Assembly (NCBI GenBank): GCA_951406725.2
Contig: OX597817.1
Coordinates: 151,032,001-151,096,000 of the forward strand
Length of the DNA: 64,000 bases
Direction of reading: 5' to 3'
Source of the DNA: Octopus vulgaris
Taxonomy: Eukaryota
The first letter of the stretch is position 1. Every line of letters starts with the position of its first letter. Below the pieces are notes generated by a model. That model searched no databases, had not been told where the DNA came from, and saw only the letters and a list, made by a program, of their open reading frames with translations. Shown here in pieces: positions 13,518 through 26,351 of the stretch. Made by a program: the position numbers and the translations under genes.

Positions 13518-16500
13518 AACGCCGAAAGAGATCAAAGAGGGTCGCGAAAGACATCAAAGATGGTGCCGACAAAGATCAAAGAAAAGTGTTGACAGATATA
13601 AAAGAGGGTGCCGACAGAGATCAAAGAGGGTGCCTAAAGAGATCAAAGAGGGTGCTGACAGAGATCAAAGAAAGTGCCGACAGAGATCAAAGAGGGTGCC
13701 GACATATATCAAATATGGTGCCGACAGAGATCAAAGAGGGTGTCGACAGAGATCAAAGAGAGTGCTGACAGAGATCAAAGTGGATGTCGACAGAGATCAA
13801 AGAGGGTGCCGACAGATATCAAATATGGTGTCGACAGAGATCAAAGAGGGCGTCGACAGAGATCAAAGAGGGTGCCGACAGAGATCAAAGATAGTGCTGA
13901 AAGAGATCAAAGAGGGTGCCGACAGAGATCAAAGAGAGTGCCGACAGAGATCAAAGAGGGTGCCGACAGAGATCAAAGAGGTTGCCGACAGAGATCCAAG
14001 AGAGTGCCGACAGAGATCAAAGAGGGTACCGACAGAGATCAAAGAGGGTGCCGACAGAGATCAAAGAGGGTGCCGACAGAGATCAAAGAGAGTGCCGAAA
14101 GAGATCAAAGAGGGTGCCGACAGACATCAAAGAGAGTTCCGAAAGAGATCAAAGAAAGTGCCGACAGATATCAAAGACGGTGCCGACAGAGATCAAAGAT
14201 GTTGAGGACAGAGATCAAAGAGAGTGTCGACAGAGATCAAAGAGAGTGACGACAGAGATCAAAGAGGGTGCCGAAAGAGATCAAAGAGGTTGCCGACAGT
14301 GATCAAAGAGGTTGCCGACAGATATCAAAGATAGTGCTGAAAGAGATCAAAGAGGGCGCCGACAGAGGTCAAAGAGTCTGCCGACAGATATCAAAGACGG
14401 TGCCGACAGAGATCAAAGAGGGTGCCGACAGAGATCAAAGATGGTGCCGACAGAGATCAAAGAGGTTGCCGACAGAGATCAAAGAGAGTGCCGACAGAGA
14501 TCAAAGAGAGTGCCGACAGATATCAAATATGGTGCCGACAGAGATCAAAGAGAGTGCCGACAGAGATCAAAGAGGGTGCCGACAGAGATCAAAGATAGTG
14601 CTGAAAGAGATCAAAGAGGGTGCCGACAGAGATCAAAAAGGGTGCCGACAGAGATCAAAGAAAGTGCCGACAGAGATCAAAGAGGGTGCCGACAGAGATC
14701 AAAGAGGTTGCCGACAGAGATCAAAGATAGTGCTGAAAGAGATCAAAGAGGGTGCCGACAGAGATCAAAGAGGGTGCCGACAGAGATCAAAGAGAGTGCC
14801 GACAGAGATCAAAGAGGGTGCCGACAGAGATCAAAGAGGTTGCCGACAGAGATCAAAGAGGGTGCCGACAGAGATCAAAGAGGGTGCCGACAGAGATCAA
14901 AGAGGGTGCCGACAGAGATCAGAGAGAGTGCCGACAGAGATCAATGAGGGTGCCGACAGACGTCAAAGAGAGTGCCGACAGAGATCAAAGAGAGTGCCGA
15001 CGGATATCAAAGAGGTTGCCGACAGAGATCAAAGAGAGTGCCGACAGAGATCAAAGAGGGTGCCGAAAGAGATCAAAGAGGTTGCCGACAGTGATCAAAG
15101 AGGTTGCCGACAGACATCAAAGATAGTGCTGAAAGAGATCAAAGAGGGCGCCGACAGAGGTCAAAGAGTCTGCCGACAGATATCAAAGACGGTGCCGACA
15201 GAGATCAAAGAGGGTGCCGACAGAGATCAAAGATGGTGCCGACAGAGATCAAAGAGGTTGCCGACAGAGATCAAAGAGAGTACCGACATAGATCAAAGAG
15301 CCTGCCGACAGATATCAAATATGGTGCCGACAGAGATCAAAGAGGGTGCCGACAGAGATCAAAGAGGGTGCCGACAGAGATCAAAGATAGTGCTGAAAGA
15401 GATCAAAGAGGGTGCCGACAGAGATCAAAAAGGGTGCCGACAGAGATCAAAGAGAGTGCCGACAGAGATCAAAGAGGGTGCCGACAGAGATCAAAGAGGT
15501 TGCCGACAGAGATCAAAGAGGGTACCGACAGAGATCAAAGAGGGTGCCGACAGAGATCAAAGAGAGTGCCGACAGAGATCAAAGAGGGTGCCGACAGAGA
15601 TCAAAGAGGGTGCCGACAGAGATCAAAGAGGTTGCCGACAGAGATCAAAGAGGGTACCGACAGAGATCAAAGAGGGTGCCGACAGAGATCAAAGAGGGTG
15701 CCGACAGAGATCAGAGAGAGTGCCGACAGAGATCAAAGAGGGTGCCGACAGACGTCAAAGAGAGTGCCGAAAGAGATCAAAGAGAGTGCCGACGGATATC
15801 AAAGAGGGTGCCGACAGAGATCAAAGAGGTTGCCGACACAGATCAAAGAGAGTGCCGACAGAGATCAAAGAGAGTGACGACAGAGATCAAAGAGGGTGCC
15901 GAAAGAGATCAAAGAGGGTGCCGACAGAGATCAAAGAGGGTGCCGACAGACATCAAAGATAGTGCTGAAAGAGATCAAAGAGGGCGCCGACAGAGGTCAA
16001 AGAGTCTGCCGACAGATATCAAAGACGGTGTCGACATAGATCAAAGATGGTGCCGACAGAGATCAAAGATGGTACCGACAGAGATCAAAGAGGTTGCCGA
16101 CAGAGATCAAAGAGAGTACCGACATAGATCAAAGAGTGCGCTGACATAGGTCAAAGAGCCTGCCGACAGAGATCAAAGAGGGTGCCGACAGAGATCAAAT
16201 ATGGTGCCGACAGAGATCAAAGAGGGTGCCGACAGAGATCAAAGATAGTGCTGAAAGAGATCAAAGAGGGTGCCGACAGAGATCAAAGAGGGTGCCGACA
16301 GAGATCAAAGAGGGTGCCGACAGAGATCAAAGAGGGTGCCGACAGAGATCAAAGACGTTTCCGACAGAGATCAAAGAGGGTACCGACATAGATCAAAGAG
16401 GGTGCCGACAGAGATCAAAGAGGGTGCCGACAGAGATCAAAGAGAGTGCCGACGGAGATCAAACATACTGCTGAAAGAGATCAAAGAGGGCGCTGACAGA

Positions 16501-17490
16501 CATCAAAGAGGGTGCCGACAGAGATCAAAGAATGTGTCGGCAGAGATCAAAGAGGGTGCCGAAAGACATCAAAGAGGGTGCCGACAGAGATCAAAGAGGG
16601 TGCCGACAGAGATCAAAGAGAGTGCCGACAGAGATCAAAGAGGGTGCCGACAGACATCAAAGAGAGTGCCGAAAGAGATCAAAGAGAGTGCCGACAGATA
16701 TCAAAGAGGGTGCCGACAGAGATCAAAGAGGTTGCCGACAGAGATCAAAGAGAGTGCCGACAGAGATCAAAGAGAGTGCCGACAGAGATCAAAGAGGGTG
16801 CCGAAAGAGATCAAAGAGGTTGCCGACAGAGATCAAAGAGTGCGCTGACAGAGGTCAAAGAGCCTGCCGACAGAGATCAAAGAGGGTGCCGACAGAGATC
16901 AAAGAGGGTGCTGACAGATATCAAAGTGGGTGCCGACAGAGATCAAAGAGAGTGCCGACGGAGATCAAACATACTGCTGAAAGAGATCAAAGAGGGCGCT
17001 GACAGACATCAAAGAGGGTGCCGACAGAGATCAAAGAGAGTGTCGACAGAGATCAAAGAGGGTGCCGACAGAGATCAAAGAGGGTCGCGAAAGACATCAA
17101 AGAGGTTGCCGACAGAGATCAAAGAGAGTGCCGAAAGAGATCAAAGAGAGTGCCGAAAGAGACCAAAGAGAGTGCCGAAGAGATAATAGAGGGTGTCGAC
17201 AGAGATCAAAGAGGTTGCCGACAGAGATCAAACATACTGCTGAAAGAGATCAAAGAGGGTGCTGACAGACATCAAAGTGGGTGCCGACAGAGATCAAAGA
17301 GAGTGCCGACGGAGATCAAACATACTGCTGAAAGAGATCAAAGAGAGCGCTGACAGACATCAAAGAGGGTCCGACAGAGATCAAAGAGAGTGCCGACAGA
17401 GATCAAAGAGGGTCGCGAAAGACATCAAAGATGGTGCCGACAGAGATCAAAAAGTGTGCCGAAAGAGATCAAAGAGAGTGCCGACAGATA
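13518..17490 (+). repeat. 22-bp tandem satellite, about 180 units (GAGATCAAAGAGGGTGCCGACA)
   Basis: Direct reading; variant blocks recur at multiples of 22 bp. Confidence 0.97.
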
Positions 17491-17609
17491 TTGCAGACGT
17501 TCCTGACATTCCAGTCATTCCAGATATTCCAGGCATTCCTGACATTACTGACATGCCAGACATTCCTGACATTCCAGACATTCCCGACATTCCTGACATT
17601 CCTGACATT
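17491..17609 (+). repeat. 9-bp tandem repeat (GACATTCCT/A)
   Basis: About 13 units directly abutting the 22-bp array. Confidence 0.9.
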
Positions 17610-18547
17610 AAACTTCATATTAAATGCCATATGTCAGTCACAAGACTACCCCAATGACTCTCTTAGGAGCTAAGGTCCCCTAGAAAGAAGCAAACTGTAA
17701 GTGACTGTCATGATATCAAGCAGATATCATACAAGCCTTAACTACACAAACTGTGAATGGTTGTGATGATATGAAATAGATATCACCTAAGCAATGCTAT
17801 CATAAACTGTGCTGTTGTTTGGTGGAGTAATATCAAGCAGGCATGGCAAACTGTAACAAATTATGGTGATAGAAGGGAAAATAAAACATTTTGAGAAAAC
17901 AAAAAGACATTTCAACTACAACCATTTACATTAAGCAGATATGAGAGAATCCAGTCTATTACAAAGTCAAATTGCGCAATGCCACTACATCACATATGGA
18001 CCCCTTTGATTACTATTTTATTCTGGTTGACCCCCACAGCCATTAAATGTTTAAAAACTAGTTTTATAGAAACTTCTTTCAAAATTCCTTTTTTGTTTTC
18101 TACACATTAATTTGTATAGGTTGACCTATGTAAAATGTTAGAGAAAGAAATCTTGCTGTTTCTTGCAATACATACCAATACATACATCTAAAGTGAAATT
18201 TTTTCAGGGACCCTTCAAATACTATTGTGGATCCCCATTTTACTATTTTACTGTGTGGACCCCCAAAAATCTTATATGGACCTTCAGGGGCCATATGGAC
18301 CCTGGTTGAGAACTATTCCAGTATAGTGGCTACTTGACCCTTGAATACTTATTTGATCTCTGTAACAGAATGCCAAAAAAGTGTTCCCTGGATGTGCCAT
18401 TCCAGTTAAGCATCCAAATGTACTTGAAACATCCAATATTGAGCTCCGAATTACTGCAATGGTAAAATGTACAAAGGAACTAAATATTTATAATGATGTA
18501 CATCTTAATTTCTTCTCTATATATACACATACTTATATATACTTATA

Positions 18548-18603
<56 letters not shown>

Positions 18604-18607
18604 TATA

Positions 18608-18816
18608 TTCTTTTACTCTTTTACTTGTTTCAGTCAGTTGACTGCGGCCATGCTGGAGCACCGCCTTTAGTCGAGCAAATCGACCCCGGGACTTATTCTT
18701 TGTAAGCCCAGTACTTATTCTATCGGTCTCTTTTGCCGAACTGCTAAATGACGGGGACGTAAACACACCAGCATCGGTTGTCAAGCAATGCTAGGGGGAC
18801 AAACACAGACACACAA

Positions 18817-18849
<33 letters not shown>

Positions 18850-19020
18850 CATATATACGACAGGCTTCTTTCAGTTTCCGTCAACCAAATCCACTCACAA
18901 GGCATTGGTCTGCCCGGGGCTATAGCAGAAGACACTTACCCAAGATGCCACGCAGTGGGACTGAACCTGGAACCATGTGGTTGGTTAGCAAGCTACTTAC
19001 CACACAGCCACTCCTGCACC
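18608..19020 (-). mobile_element. SINE family B (tRNA head, CORE-like accttgggcaag block, internal microsatellite, LINE-derived tail)
   Basis: Representative full copy; others near 1516, 20351, 28098, 29885, 31857, 43264, 43994, 47225, 49133, 51250, 54357 and 62615, in both orientations. Confidence 0.88.
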
Positions 19021-21368
19021 TATATTCTCTCAATGAGAGAATGTCTTTGTATGTTAAAGGGAAAGAGATTGTGTGTATGTAAATGGTGAACATAAGAGAC
19101 AGAAAAGGCAAAATCTGTAGAATAGTATAAAATTACAATCAGGATTATGTGTTTTCACGAATAGCCTTATCAAAATCTAAAAATAACAAATAAGAAATAA
19201 ATGAAACAAAACAAAAATACACACAATAAAAATAATTTCACAAGAAAATATTTATCAGAAATGAAGATTGATGGCTTTGAATGTCCCGTCCGTGCTTTTT
19301 GTATCGTCTTCCAAATGTTTTGCGTTCTTGTCCCAGTTAGTATTTTTTTACATATACATATATATATATATAGCGACGCCCGTACCCTTTTTGGTCTTGT
19401 ATGTAAGTACATATTTCTTTAAATTTGGTACGACTCTATAACACTGTCTCTCTCTTCCCCCTCTCCTACATTTCTCTGCCTTTCACACTTTGCACTCCAC
19501 TTTGATCTGTCTCTTTCTCTCTCTCTTTCTTCTCCTCCTCCTTTTCTCTTTTCTTGCCTCTGATTCTTTGGTCTCCTCTTCCCCCACTCTCTCACATTTC
19601 TCTGTCATTCTCACTTTGCACCTCACTGATTCTGTCGCCAAGTCGATCCTTGGCACGCTCTCTTTCTTCTCCCCTCTTTAATTCCTTCTTTCTCTCTCTT
19701 CTGCCCCCTTTGGTGCCTTTGTCCCTCTTTTTCGCTCTCTCTTTGATTCCTTTGCCTCCTTTTTTTTCTCTCTCTTCTCCTCTCACGTGACATCTGGTCA
19801 ACCAGCCTTTCGGCTTCTGACCACCGCCACGAGAACATCGTTTTCTTCGTCTGCCGAAAAAGGCATTTTTTTCTCACCACCACGAGAACATCGTTTTCTT
19901 CGTCTGCCGAAAAAGGCATTTTTTTCTAAATACGCCAGCTAAGCTAAGTTGTACTGTCTATAGTCGTAAGACACCCACTGTCTTTGTCCTGTTATTACTA
20001 TTATTGTTTTTTGTATATATATTCGTGTGGCATCGTCCGTTTTTCTGTCCTTGTTTCGTATACATTCGATCCTTTTTCCAAGAAATCTAATGCTCGTAGC
20101 TTAGTTTTTCCTTGGGGCTCGCCAGATTGGAGCAATCTCAAGATTAATCAGCCAAAATTGCGAGAATGATCCGGTTCTTGACTGAGATTGAAGGCTTCGA
20201 ATGTCCCATCCATGTTTTTTGTATCGTCTTCTAAATGTTCACAAGAAGTGAACTGTGAAGGAGCTATTTAAAAAAAAAAGGGGCGAGGGGGACATCCAGT
20301 GTTCTGTTGGTAAATTTCAGGAAATATGGAAATTTTGAAGGATGTAGTATTCTTTTACTTGTTTCAGTCATTTGACTGTGGCCATGCTGGAGCACTGCCT
20401 TTAGTCAAGCAAATCGACCCCAGGACTTATTCTTTGGAAGCCTAGTACTTATTCTATCAGTCTCTTTTGCCGAACTGCTAAGTTACGGGCATGTAAACAC
20501 ACCAGCATCAGTTGTCAAGCGATGCTGGGGGGACAAACACAAAAACACAAACATATGCACACAAAACAGATATATGTATATACGACGGGCTTCTTTCAGT
20601 TTCCGTCTACCAAATCCACTCACAAGGCTTTAGTCGGCCTGAGGCTATAGTAGAAGACACTTGCCCAAGGTGCCATGCAGGTGGAATGAACCTTGAAGGA
20701 TGTGGTTAGTAAGCAAGCTACTTACCACACAGCCACTCAAATAATCAATGACAAAATAATGAAGCAAGAATGTTTTAATCATTTAATCCATATAAATACA
20801 ATGTTTATTTCATTTAAGATTAGTGATTTGGCAGAACAGAGTTCTGTATTTTTTTTAGTAATTTGTTGTAGATCTTTTATGTTCTGAACATGAATTCTGC
20901 TAAGGTCTTTGCCAGCCATTCTTTTGGGATTGATAAATCAAGTAACAATCAAATACCAGCTGAGGTTTATATGATTGACTATATCACTTCCTCCAAATTT
21001 TGACCATGTGCCTAAATGTTTACATATTTAATGCAGTAGGAGTGGCTCATAGGTGTAGGAGTGGCTGTGTGGTAAGTAGCTTGCTTACGAACCACATAGT
21101 TCTGGGTTCAGTCCTACTGCATGGCACCTTGGGCAAGTGTCTTCTCCTATAGCCTCGGGCCGACCAAAGCCTTGTGAGTGGATTTGGTTGACCTCAGTGC
21201 TCAACTAGTTCTTATTTTATTGATCCTGAAATGACCGAAAGCAAAATTTGAACTCAGAACATACAAATGGACAAAATGCTGCTAAGCATTTGTCCCTGCA
21301 TGCTACCGATACTGCCAGTGCACCACCCTAACTTAGTGACTAATATTGTTACTATAACCCTAACTTAC

Positions 21369-21432
21369 CAGATTCGGATGTTCTCGCACAAATGTAACCA
21401 AAAAGTTCATAACCTTCTTGCAAGGATGGCAC
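21369..21432 (-). CDS. Exon 20, CXXC active-site exon (W-CHPCKKVMNFLVTFVREHPNL)
   Basis: tttacag acceptor, ctg|gtaagt donor, 64 nt, phase 2-0; completes the WCHPC motif. Confidence 0.92.
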
Positions 21433-21521
21433 CTGTAAACAGAAAAGTTGCAGCGATATAATTAATGAGCTCATTAAGGAGAGTTTAGAATGAAGATCAG
21501 ACATTTAAGTCAACAAATGAG

Positions 21522-22037
21522 TACCATAAATCCTCGAGTATAATCCGCATTTTTTTCTCAAAATTTAAAGGTCAAAATCCCTAGTGCATACTATATATGA
21601 GGTTAAAAATGAAAAATATTTTCTAAGCAATGTCCGAGTCTCTATTTGCTGTCTGGCAATGTTTATTCAGACGCATTTTGTGATGTCGGGCACGAAAATA
21701 CCTTAAGCTAAGCCTCAAAGCAATGAAGTCATAAAAGAATCATCCATAACTTGCAGTAAGCAACATTTATTAAACGTTATTACTGTTATAACTTTATTTT
21801 ATGCAAACAAAATGCACAAAAAAGCTACACGTTTGCATTATGTTATATGTACAATAATAATAAAGGACGTTACCATAAGCATTTTTACAAACCAAGGACA
21901 TTATATAGACCACCTTGACTCAAGTTAGAGAAGGGGTGCGTATTATACACAAGGTTTAGGTTTTTCAGAGGTACAGCCCCCTAAAAATCCTCTGCGTGTT
22001 ATACTCAAGGGCGAACTATACTTGATGATTTACGGTA
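21522..22037. mobile_element. Second copy of the same MITE in opposite orientation
   Basis: Reverse-complement homolog of 11819-12301 over its whole length; same TIRs. Confidence 0.8.
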
Positions 22038-22049
22038 TATTGTACTCAC

Positions 22050-22256
22050 CATGGTATCCAAAACAAAACAAGTGTTGGGCATGTTGCTCCTTGAATTGGA
22101 AACACTGGTTCAAAACTGTTGTTGGTTTGGTTCTTTAACAAGCAATCAGGAAGCTGGAATGATTGTTTCATAACACCGGGGTTTGACAACTTCTTGCAGA
22201 GCTGTTGTTCCTGGCTTAAAGCATCTACGAACTGGCAGCAACCAACAGTTGGCCAT
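22050..22256 (-). CDS. Exon 19, start of the Trx-like domain (...CPTLVLFWIP)
   Basis: tatgtag acceptor, tg|gtgagt donor, 207 nt, phase 2-2. Confidence 0.9.
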
Positions 22257-22619
22257 CTACATAAGATATTAAAGAAATAAAAAACAAAACATTAGATCAT
22301 CATCATCATCATCATCATCATCATCGTCATCGTCGTCATCATTGTTGTCATCATCGTCATCATCGTCATTGTTATCATCGTCATCATCGTCATCATCATG
22401 ATCATGATCATCATCATCATCATCATCACCACCGCCATCATTTGACACATGCCATCTGTACTGGCATGGGTTGGAGAGTTTTACAGGAGTTGGTAAGCCA
22501 GAAGACTGTACTAAGCTCCATGGTCAGTTTTGGTGTGGTTTCTACACCTCGATGCCCTTCCTAATGCCAACCCCTTTACAAAGTGAACTGGGTGCCTTTT
22601 ACCTCTAAGGTCTGTTTGA

Positions 22620-22940
22620 CATAAGTTTTAGATGCTATTAAATATTGATGAGGTTGCTCCAACCTGGCCAAAACTCATAATAGAGTAAAAAATTTCTAAA
22701 CAATGATGTGAAGAATGTATTGAAAGCACAGTGGACAGGATAAAAATTATGTGGAAAAAATTCAGAGAGCTATTACCCCTGCTAACAACAAAGGGTAGAT
22801 GTATATCATTTCTGCATGAATTCCAGTGCAGCATGGCATTAATAAGTGTGCACCAAATGCAGAGGATGCGCAAAAGATGGAAAGAAAGGAAGCAAATATG
22901 TTTCATTGGATGTGTAATGTTTTGGGCATCATAACAATGA
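22620..22940 (+). mobile_element. RTE LINE ORF2 fragment
   Basis: RIKIMWKKFRELLPLLTTKG resembles the RTE post-RT region. Confidence 0.7.
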
Positions 22941-22944
22941 GGTA

Positions 22945-23242
22945 AGACATGTCATCTGCCTCCTGTCAGATCATCTTACCAGGGGCTAATCTCATTCGAT
23001 GCAGCAGTTGCAGGCTGGAAGAAGCCCTGCGGCAGGCCCTGCACCAGATGGTTGGATGTCATTGGGGGAAATCTCCAGAGGTTTGATGTCATCTCGGAGG
23101 ATGCAGAGGGGTTGGCATGAGATCTCTAGCATTTGAGAGCACTGGTAAACCTGGTTGGCTCTATGCATAATGTCATCTCTGGGACCACCAGCCTGGGATG
23201 ACCCCAACCCCATCAACCCAGAGCATGCAGCAGCAGCAGCCG
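22945..23242 (+). mobile_element. RTE LINE 3' end fragment
   Basis: GWKKPCGRPCTRWLDVI...EGLA*DL*HLRALV then a (cag)n tail. Confidence 0.65.
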
Positions 23243-25686
23243 TCCAAGAATTTGGACCTGGAGATCTCCATTTCCAGCGACTTTGAGGGCCACCTCTCAG
23301 TGGTGTCGGGTGTCAACGAAGAGCCCTCGACTACAAAACGACCAAAGTTTTTTTTTCCAACGTCTGGGGTCTCCTGCCCTAAGCCCTAGACCATCACCTA
23401 ATCACCCTTACCCGTCTTGTTGCTTAACAACAACAACAGCAGCAGCAGTAGCATAACAGTGAGTTCTGTATAGCTCCTACCCCCACCTATACTTAATTAA
23501 GAAGGGGAGGAGGTAAAGTAGCTGCAATGCATATATAACTTTTAAGCCTTCTTTGAGTGAGGTCTAAGGGGGAGGTTACTGTAATTGTCTAAATGAAGGT
23601 CAGCCTTGATTCTGTGAACCTTTTTATCTTTTTTTTAGTTGTTTCAGTCATTAGATTGTGGCCATGCTGGAGCACCACCTTGAAGGATTTTTAGTTGAAT
23701 TAATTAACCCCATTACTTTTTTTTTTTGTTAAGCCTGGTACTTATTCTGTTTCTTTTACTGAACTGCTAACTTATGGGGATGGAAACACACCAACACTGG
23801 TTGTCAAGCAGTGGTAGCGGACAAAGACAGACACACACACAGGGCAAGCTGGCAGAATCGTTAGCACGTCAGGTGAAATGCTTTGCGGTATTTTGGCTGC
23901 TGTTACGTTCTGAGTTCAATTTCCGCCGAGGTTGACTTTGCCTTTTGTCCTTTTGGGGTCGATAAATTAAGTACCAGTTACGCACTGGGGTCGATGTAAC
24001 CGACTTAAGCCCTCTGTCTGTCCTTGTTTGTCCCCTCTGTGTTTAGCCCCCTGTGGGCAATAAAGAAATATCTATATGACAGGTTTTTTCCAATTTCTGC
24101 TTACCAAATCCACTCACAAGGCTTTGGTCAGCTTGAGGCTATAGTAGTAGACACTTGCCCAAGCTGCCATGCAGTGGGACTGAACCTGGAACCACATGAT
24201 TGGGAACCAAGTTTCATACCACACAGCCATGCCTGCACCTATGATCAAAAGTGTTTCATATATGACTATCTAGGCCTTTTTTTTTTCAGACAGTATATTT
24301 AAGACTACGTTATATAATGTATCCCTTCATTTTTTAAGATGGAAGGGTGTGATTTGAGGAAGATTCAGCAACTATTTGTAGAAGGTTGAGTGAACACATA
24401 GAGTCTCTCTCATTGATTTGAACGATCAAGATCAATGTATTTGATTGATAATTTGAACTGTTACTAATTGGAAAATGGAATCAAAATACAAGTGAAAAGG
24501 GAATTCACGAGGACTCTTTTACTCTTTTACTTGTTTTAGTCATTTGACTGTGGCCATGCTGGAGCACCACCTTTTAGCCGTGCAAATCGACCCCAGGACT
24601 TATTCTTTGTAAGCCTAGTACTTATTCTATCGGATGTTTATGTGGCTGGGAAAAAACAGTCAAAAATGATGAAAGCAGCTGGTATATGAACTGTTTTGGC
24701 CCGGCCATTTTGGCACCCCTTGTTTGGGGGTCGCTAATTTGATGCTGACTTACTTGACATTAGAAATTTTCATGTTTCTCTCATTTTAATTTTTCCCTTG
24801 TCCTTCCCTCCTCTCTTTCACTCTCTCATTTTGTTTATATGTGTGAGCATCTAGTTATGTTTGTGCTGTATAGTGAAACTGTACACTCCTCCTGGTAAAA
24901 AGTAGTTATAGCCAGCCATTATAAATAGACCGGTAACTGGTTGACATGAGAAGGTCAGAAGGTTAAAGGTCGAAAGTTGTGTAGACTGTGTTGAAATGCG
25001 GTGATCTGGCAGAAACGTTAGCTCACCAGGCAAAATGCATAGCTGTATTTCGTCTGCCGTTACGTTCTGAGTTCAAATTCCGCCGAGGTTGACTTTGCCT
25101 TTCATCCTTTCGGGGTCGATTAAATAAGTACCAGTTACGCACTGGGGTCGATATAATCGACTTAATCCGTTTTATCTGTCCTTATCTGTCCCTTCTGTGT
25201 TTAGCCCCTTGTGAGCAATAAAGAAACAGATATAGTAATCATGCTGTGAGACTGAGTGGACGTTATAAGTGGACCTTTTGAGAATAATAACACTGTACGA
25301 CTAGGGGTCGTACAATGCCAGATAGAAACAGTCTATCGATGACTTCGGAATATAACAATATCCGTCAGAGCGACAACCATCGTCAAAAGACAGATATAAC
25401 AGTGGCAAAAGACTACTTTACAACAATTTGTATGTATGTGGAATGGATTTCTCTCCCTCTTTCTTTTCCTCTCTCTTGCTATCTTTATCTATATGTCTAT
25501 AACTCTGCATCTGTGCATGTGTGTGCATGCATGTATGTGCTTGTGCGCGCGCGTGTGTGCGTGTGTGTGTGTGTGTGTGTTTGCCTTCCCCTAGCATCAG
25601 AAAGTACTGTCCCCAAAACAGGTTAAATGTCCAGTGAGCCAAGCCAAATTGTCGAGTGTCTGGACAACTGCACCCAATCGTTTCAA

Positions 25687-26004
25687 GGTACTACTTGAGA
25701 GCAGTGGCCGCAATGCGTGCACTTGCATAGTCGCGCATCCGTGCTAGCTAGTCATGACTAGTTGATCCTTACTTTGTGTTTTTGTGTGTTATTTACTTTG
25801 TTTAAAAAATTATTTACTTTGTGTTTTTGTGTTTTATTTACTTTGTTTAACAAAAATTATTTACTTTGTGTAAAAAAATTATTTATTTTGTGTTTTATTT
25901 ACTTTGCTAGGTAGTCGTTGTAGGATTGACTAGTCACGACTAGCTAGCGCGGATGCGTGACTATGTGAGTGCGTGCACTGGGACCACTGTTTCCAAGTAG
26001 TACC
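25687..26004. mobile_element. Mutator-like MITE
   Basis: ~85-bp imperfect TIRs GGTAC...GTACC, 9-bp TSD tcgtttcaa (25678-25686, 26005-26013), AT-rich tandem core. Confidence 0.75.
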
Positions 26005-26132
26005 TCGTTTCAATCCAAAGTAAAAGAGATGGTTGCCTTCAGTGGATTCATAGAGGAGAAAAGTGACACAGATGTAAGTTATCATGTAGATATGGATAGC
26101 AAAAATAAAAAACTCTAAAAATTCTTCCTTAC

Positions 26133-26290
26133 TTAGCCTCTTTGATGTGTCCTTTGCAGTAACAATAATAGGTAAATGGTAGAAATTGAGCTGTTTCGAT
26201 TTGTATGGCATTAGATTCTTGGCTAGAAAGTTCAGTGTCTTCATATTGAGCTATCATACTGAGAGTATGGCTGGAGTCGTCTACCTTTAA
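26133..26290 (-). CDS. Exon 18 (HTLSMIAQY...SQESNAIQI...FLPFTYYCYC)
   Basis: atttcag acceptor, aa|gtaagg donor, 158 nt, phase 0-2. Confidence 0.88.
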
Positions 26291-26351
26291 CTGAAATGAC
26301 AAGAGCAAGAACACACTCACACAAAACATAAACAACGATAATAGTAATAAT

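Noticed and set aside
13518-17490. CRISPR-like array or genuine repeat protein gene
   Set aside because: Contiguous monomers with no unique spacers, eukaryotic context, and stops arise in every frame
18349-18453. Candidate minus-strand exon between exons 20 and 21
   Set aside because: Begins with TAA in the required phase 0
20100-20170. Possible hammerhead in the direct-repeat element
   Set aside because: No CUGANGA core in either copy
21369-21432. Selenoprotein possibility for the redox motif
   Set aside because: Both cysteines are TGC; no in-frame TGA
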